Below, in pieces: positions 59,608-64,000 of a stretch of DNA of 64,000 nucleotides; position 1 is the stretch's first letter, and each line of letters starts with the position of its first letter. This DNA comes from Candidatus Latescibacterota bacterium (lineage in GTDB: Bacteria > Latescibacterota > CBDEFO01). The notes under the pieces were generated by a model. The model was not told the DNA's origin. It saw only the letters and a program-made list of their open reading frames with translations, and did not search any database. Location: contig OZ252149.1 in NCBI GenBank assembly GCA_965248755.1, positions 2,720,001-2,784,000 on the forward strand, read 5' to 3'. Made by a program: the position numbers and the translations under genes.

Positions 59608-60705
59608 TCAAATCCTCCCGTCTTTCAGGAATAGGCTCAACTCCTCTTTTGCCATGCCCCGAATTCCCAGATCTTCCACGGTTCTGCCTGACTTCCAACA
59701 GTCTTCGTGCACTATGATCGAAGCGATCTCCACCAGGGATCTCATAATAGGTGTGGAGACACCGAACTGCTCCGCGATGGAGATCCAGGTGACCAGTCCG
59801 TAGGGGACATCCTCCGTCAGCCAGCGGTTCTGCAGGTTCACCGGAGCCCTCAACTGGGTCAACATCCTGCTCCCGTTGATTACCTCCCAGATTGTGCCTT
59901 TGGGTCCGAACCCCGCGCGGTGGAAGCCTTCCTCTACAGAAAAGAGGTCTATTCCAAAGGCCGAACCTATCGCCCGGCGTTCATCGTCCACTTTCTTGAT
60001 GACGTCCGCTACAGCGGGTGATACGCCTTCTTCGTAAAAGTAGAACTCCCCCTTTGAGTACTCTATGCGGCCTGCGTTCATCAGCACTCCTGCAGGATGA
60101 ACTACAGGGTTCATGCTGCCTAGCCCGCACTCCATCGCGCTGGAGTGGGGAGCAATCCCGGGGAATAAATCCTTGAGCATTTCCGCCACATACTCTGTCT
60201 TTGAGGAAGGCAAAACGCCCAGTCCAAGACTTGTCACTATGCCCCAGATGTGCGCCTCGTTCGGAGCGACCTTGCGGCAGACGTAGGGTGAAGTATCCGT
60301 CTCCCCAAGGATCACACCTTCGCCTTTCCCCGAATCTCGTAATATCTTGGAAAACTCCAGCGTTCCTAACGTTCCGGGCAGAAGGACGACTACCTGTCCC
60401 TCTTTAAGGTGCGGCGCACACACCTGGACGAACGGTCTATGGGCGTAAGCGGGGACGCTGATGAGTATAAGTGCTTTGCCCTCAAGGGCTTCTTCGATAT
60501 CCGTCGAAACCTTATGTATTCTGGCAGTTCCTGCTTCTGCGACTCCTGCAAGGTGTATCTCTTTGGTCTGTCGAAGAACTTCTATGTTATTTTCAAACCC
60601 AGGAATCTCGTACAGAGTAATCTCGTAGCCCCTCAAGGTCAGATTCGCTGCGATGGAAAAGGCCGTGTTGCCGCCGCCCAGGACTGAAATAGATTTTGGG
60701 TTCAT
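59608..60705 (-). CDS. NAD(P)-dependent opine (octopine/nopaline) dehydrogenase family protein
   Basis: LGGGNTA, NPVVHPAG.LMNAGRIE, FYFY.EG, RWLTEDVPYGL. Confidence 0.9.
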   Translation of the reverse strand: MNPKSISVLGGGNTAFSIAANLTLRGYEITLYEIPGFENNIEVLRQTKEIHLAGVAEAGTARIHKVSTDIEEALEGKALILISVPAYAHRPFVQVCAPHLKEGQVVVLLPGTLGTLEFSKILRDSGKGEGVILGETDTSPYVCRKVAPNEAHIWGIVTSLGLGVLPSSKTEYVAEMLKDLFPGIAPHSSAMECGLGSMNPVVHPAGVLMNAGRIEYSKGEFYFYEEGVSPAVADVIKKVDDERRAIGSAFGIDLFSVEEGFHRAGFGPKGTIWEVINGSRMLTQLRAPVNLQNRWLTEDVPYGLVTWISIAEQFGVSTPIMRSLVEIASIIVHEDCWKSGRTVEDLGIRGMAKEELSLFLKDGRI

Positions 60706-61076
60706 ATCAGCCTCCTTTATGAGATCATAATCTAATCCAAAAGTTAGTTATGTGCAACTGCAATATTCTCAAAAGGGCGTAACGTGACGCTTGAATATAA
60801 CACAGCTTGAGCTTAGACACAATATTTTAGTAGACAGAACAACCCTCTCTATGCCTGGTTGACTTAGACCGCTTGGAGAAGCGCTTTGGTATTGACGTGG
60901 AAGGAAGGTTCAGACAGTCTTAGGAAGGAGGCATTGGGGATGTAAGCTTATAATGACAGTTTGCTTGCTCTTGACTTTTGTCATTTGAAGGGATACAACT
61001 GATGGGTCAGACATTTCTCTATCAATTTTACTGTGCGGTGAGGGCAGGAGGAGTGTAATTAGGAGGTTTAGACACA

Positions 61077-61116
61077 GAACACTAAGGGCGATCGCACAGG
61101 ATCGCCCTTAGTGTTC
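61077..61116. terminator. Perfect 17-bp hairpin downstream of purA (terminator or REP-like)
   Basis: GAACACTAAGGGCGATC-GCACAG-GATCGCCCTTAGTGTTC; no strong U tail. Confidence 0.6.
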
Positions 61117-61136
61117 CGATCAGAGGTGAAAGACTT

Positions 61137-62414
61137 CTACATTACAACGGTCTGCTCCCTTTCAAATCCTACCGAGACCAGGAATATAGGTGTCCCGACA
61201 ACCTGGTGCATTCTATCCAGGTAGCGTTTTGCGGCGTCGGGGAGCTCGTCGAAGTATCTGATGTCGTTGGTTGGCGTCATCCAGCCGTCCAATTCCTCGT
61301 ATATAGGCTCGCAGCCTTCGAGGATTCGGGGATCGCTCGGGAATTCTGTTATCGTCTTTCCTTCATATCTGTACGCTGTGCAGATATTGATCTTGGGGAA
61401 AGAATCCAGCACATCCATCTTGGTTATGGCCAGACTGTCCAATCCGTTGACTCTGGCGGACATCCTGACCGGAACTGCGTCGAACCATCCGCACCTTCTG
61501 GGTCTGCCCGTGGTGGTGCCGTACTCGCCGCGTCCGACCTGGCGCATCATCTCTCCAGTGCTGTCCGAAAGTTCTGTGGGAAACGGCCCCGTCCCGACTC
61601 TCGTAGTGTAGGCTTTAGCTACTCCTATAACCTCATCTATCATCTTGGGGCCTATGCCTGTGCCTGTGCACGCAGCGCCAGCTACGGTGTTAGAAGATGT
61701 CACGAAGGGATATGTCCCGTGATCCATGTCCAACAGTGTGGCTTGGGCGCCTTCAAAGAGAATATGTTTGCCTTCATCTATAGCCTCATTCAAGAAGATA
61801 GAAATATCTCTGACATAGGGTGTTATTCTGTCCTTTAACTCCAGGTATGCCGTTAGCAGCTTCTGCTCATCGATGGGATCTTTTTTGTATATCTGCCTTA
61901 AAACCAGGTTTTTTTCCCTTACGTTGAAGGCGAGCTTCTCTTTGAGGGTCTCCTCATTTAAGAGATCTCCCACTCTTATTCCTATTCTAGCCACCTTGTC
62001 GGTGTAGCATGGACCTATGCCTCTGATAGTCGTCCCGAGTTTGTCTTTACCTTTCCTCTCCTCTTCGGCCTGATCTAGCAGTTTGTGATATGGCATCACC
62101 AAATGAGCGTTTTGGCTTATAAAGAGTCTTCCTTCTACTGAAATCCCTTTGTTTTCGAGTTCATCTATCTCCTCCAAGAGCGTCTCAAGGGCTATCACGA
62201 CTCCGTTTCCTATTACGCATATTTTGTTTGGGTGTATTATCCCGGCGGGAACGAGGTGGAAGATGTACTCCTTGCCGTCAACTATCACAGTATGTCCCGC
62301 ATTGGCTCCGCCCTGGAATCTGACGACTATATCGGCGTCCTTGGTCAGATAATCGACGACCTTAGCTTTTCCTTCGTCGCCCCATTGGGTTCCTACGATC
62401 ACCTTGGTTGGCAT
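61137..62414 (-). CDS. purA: Adenylosuccinate synthetase
   Basis: QWGDEGKAK, GGANAGHT, GTTIRGIGPCY, GTTTGRPRRCGWFD. Confidence 0.97.
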   Translation of the reverse strand: MPTKVIVGTQWGDEGKAKVVDYLTKDADIVVRFQGGANAGHTVIVDGKEYIFHLVPAGIIHPNKICVIGNGVVIALETLLEEIDELENKGISVEGRLFISQNAHLVMPYHKLLDQAEEERKGKDKLGTTIRGIGPCYTDKVARIGIRVGDLLNEETLKEKLAFNVREKNLVLRQIYKKDPIDEQKLLTAYLELKDRITPYVRDISIFLNEAIDEGKHILFEGAQATLLDMDHGTYPFVTSSNTVAGAACTGTGIGPKMIDEVIGVAKAYTTRVGTGPFPTELSDSTGEMMRQVGRGEYGTTTGRPRRCGWFDAVPVRMSARVNGLDSLAITKMDVLDSFPKINICTAYRYEGKTITEFPSDPRILEGCEPIYEELDGWMTPTNDIRYFDELPDAAKRYLDRMHQVVGTPIFLVSVGFEREQTVVM

Positions 62415-62496
62415 AGATCACACCCCAATCTTTATGAGTTCTTACCTTTTTTGCACAAAAAAACTCCGAACAACGATGCGGTTCGAAGTCCTGATT

Positions 62497-62525
62497 ATCA
62501 TAACACATCTTCAGACGATTGTCAA
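62497..62525 (-). promoter_or_regulatory. purA promoter
   Basis: TTGACA, 17-nt spacer, TATGAT on the minus strand. Confidence 0.75.
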
Positions 62526-62633
62526 GAGAAAAATTCATCTGGCGGCAATCCCTTTGATCTTTAGAAGTGCGGTTGTCCAATCGCTCAGCGATTCATAGTG
62601 ATCATGAGACTATCTATCGGATTAGATTGAGAC

Positions 62634-62662
62634 TTGACAGGCCAATACAAATATCGTATAAT
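62634..62662 (+). promoter_or_regulatory. Consensus sigma70 promoter
   Basis: TTGACA, 17-nt spacer, TATAAT. Confidence 0.85.
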
Positions 62663-62704
62663 CTTATTGCTCGCCGCATGGGCAGGATTTAGTGTAGAAA
62701 GGCA

Positions 62705-62764
62705 GGGTTTTTCAAACCCCGATAGATTCATCCCCGATAGAGGCAATCGGGGACTCTATCAGGG
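62705..62764. repeat. Nested palindrome in 5' UTR
   Basis: CCCGATAGA...[TCCCCGAT AGAGGCA ATCGGGGA]...TCTATCAGGG, preceded by GGGTTTTTCAAACCC. Confidence 0.75.
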
Positions 62765-62787
62765 TGTCTCTAAGGAGAGATAAGATT

Positions 62788-63720
62788 TTGAAGATTCTCA
62801 TCACAGGCGGAGCGGGATTTATCGGATCACACCTCTGTGACTTTCTGCTGGACAAGGGACACCAGGTGATATGCATGGACAACCTCTTGACCGGCAGCCC
62901 CGATAACGTCAGCCATCTTTTCGGGAGAGAGGGATTCCAGTTTATAGACTACAACGTCACCGATTACATACATGTATCTGGGAAATTGGACTTTATCCTT
63001 CACTTTGCAAGCCCAGCAAGTCCGAAGGATTATCTGCAGTTCCCGATTCAGACCCTGAAGGTAGGCGCGCTCGGAACGCATAAGACACTGGGACTTGCAA
63101 GAGCCAAAGCGGCAAAGTATCTTCTGGCCTCCACATCTGAGTGCTACGGAGATCCGCTGGTGCACCCTCAAAGCGAGGACTACTGGGGGAATGTGAATCC
63201 CATAGGTGTTAGGGGTGTCTATGACGAGGCCAAGAGGTTCGCTGAGGCTATGACTATGGCATACCGCAGGACGCACGGTGTGGATACAAGGATTGTGAGG
63301 ATATTCAACACGCACGGACCCAGGATGCGAAGGGACGACGGGAGAGCTATACCCACGTTTGTCGCTCAAGCGCTTGCCGACGAGGACGTCACGGTGTTCG
63401 GAGACGGGTGGCAGACGAGGAGTATATGCTATATTTCAGACCTTGCGGACGGAATCTACAGACTTATGCTCTCGGACGTGACTACCCCCGTCAATATCGG
63501 AAATCCCTCGGAAATTACGATATTGGATTTGGCCGAAAAGATAATAGAGATAACCAAAAGTAAGAGCAGGATAGTCTTCAAGACCCTTCCTGAAGACGAC
63601 CCCAAGGTGAGACAGCCTGATATTTCAAAGGCGAAGAAGCTTTTAGAGTGGGAGCCGAAGGTATCCTTGGAGGAGGGATTAAAGAATACTATCGAATGGT
63701 TCAAAACTAGTAGACAGTAG
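62788..63720 (+). CDS. UDP-glucuronate decarboxylase-like NAD-dependent epimerase/dehydratase
   Basis: [44 protein letters not shown] start after AAGGAG. Confidence 0.92.
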   Translation: MKILITGGAGFIGSHLCDFLLDKGHQVICMDNLLTGSPDNVSHLFGREGFQFIDYNVTDYIHVSGKLDFILHFASPASPKDYLQFPIQTLKVGALGTHKTLGLARAKAAKYLLASTSECYGDPLVHPQSEDYWGNVNPIGVRGVYDEAKRFAEAMTMAYRRTHGVDTRIVRIFNTHGPRMRRDDGRAIPTFVAQALADEDVTVFGDGWQTRSICYISDLADGIYRLMLSDVTTPVNIGNPSEITILDLAEKIIEITKSKSRIVFKTLPEDDPKVRQPDISKAKKLLEWEPKVSLEEGLKNTIEWFKTSRQ

Positions 63721-63950
63721 ACAGGGCACCACCTCTCACCCCTTGAGATTGGTTCTGCTGCGCAACTCCTGACGGGGTCGGGGTTGCAGCCCTTGTAACG
63801 ACCAAGAACCTCAGGAGATGTCATTGAGAGGTTGAGTGGCTGCTTTCTTGGGTGGCAGCAATACACGAAGTAAATGAAGCAATCTTGTGGACAGTGGATA
63901 GGTAGGAGAAGGTAGAGTTGCCTGTACGCCCTCTACTGTTTGCTGTGTAG
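63708..63950. repeat. Repeat cluster (GTAGACAG family and TGGCAGCAAT..CACGAAGT motif)
   Basis: TAGTAGACAGTAGACAGGGCACCACCTCTCACCCC; TGGCAGCAATACACGAAGT at 63853; CTACTGTTTGCTGT at 63933. Confidence 0.65.
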
Positions 63951-64000
63951 CGCTTTTATCGCCTCCGCTATAAGTTTGACCTCATTGTCGTGAACGGCCC

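Noticed and set aside
60706..61076. Small gene or ncRNA between the opine dehydrogenase gene and purA
   Set aside because: RBS-like and promoter-like words are present, but I found no supportable ORF or recognisable RNA structure.

Overview
A 64-kb stretch of a diderm bacterial chromosome. The PorV-like barrels, giant TPR proteins and DUF4159 gene suggest an FCB-superphylum lineage such as Ca. Latescibacterota, but this is inference only. No rRNA, tRNA, CRISPR array or intact transposase was recognised. Housekeeping genes include rnr, argR-C-B-D-G, rny, thiC, a fused ahbAB, glcD, folE, iscS/iscA, moeA and purA. The most notable feature is an 11.5-kb same-strand envelope cluster (10.5-22.0 kb). 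It encodes a TolB-like lipoprotein, further lipoproteins, a 1072-aa TPR protein, ExbB/ExbD and a membrane-anchored DUF4159 protein, and its core is bracketed by two near-identical, strongly C-depleted beta-barrel genes that differ mainly in one variable loop. It may be an undescribed PMF-driven envelope machine. The window also carries several families of tiny dispersed palindromes and heptamer repeats that nest inside each other, insert in-frame into a gene, and give unrelated proteins identical C-termini. Other features are a MacAB-TolC-like locus with three tandem adaptors, a lone AbiJ-like gene, three broken genes, and structured leaders in front of the envelope cluster, folE and purA. All calls come from reading motifs by eye; no database search was run.
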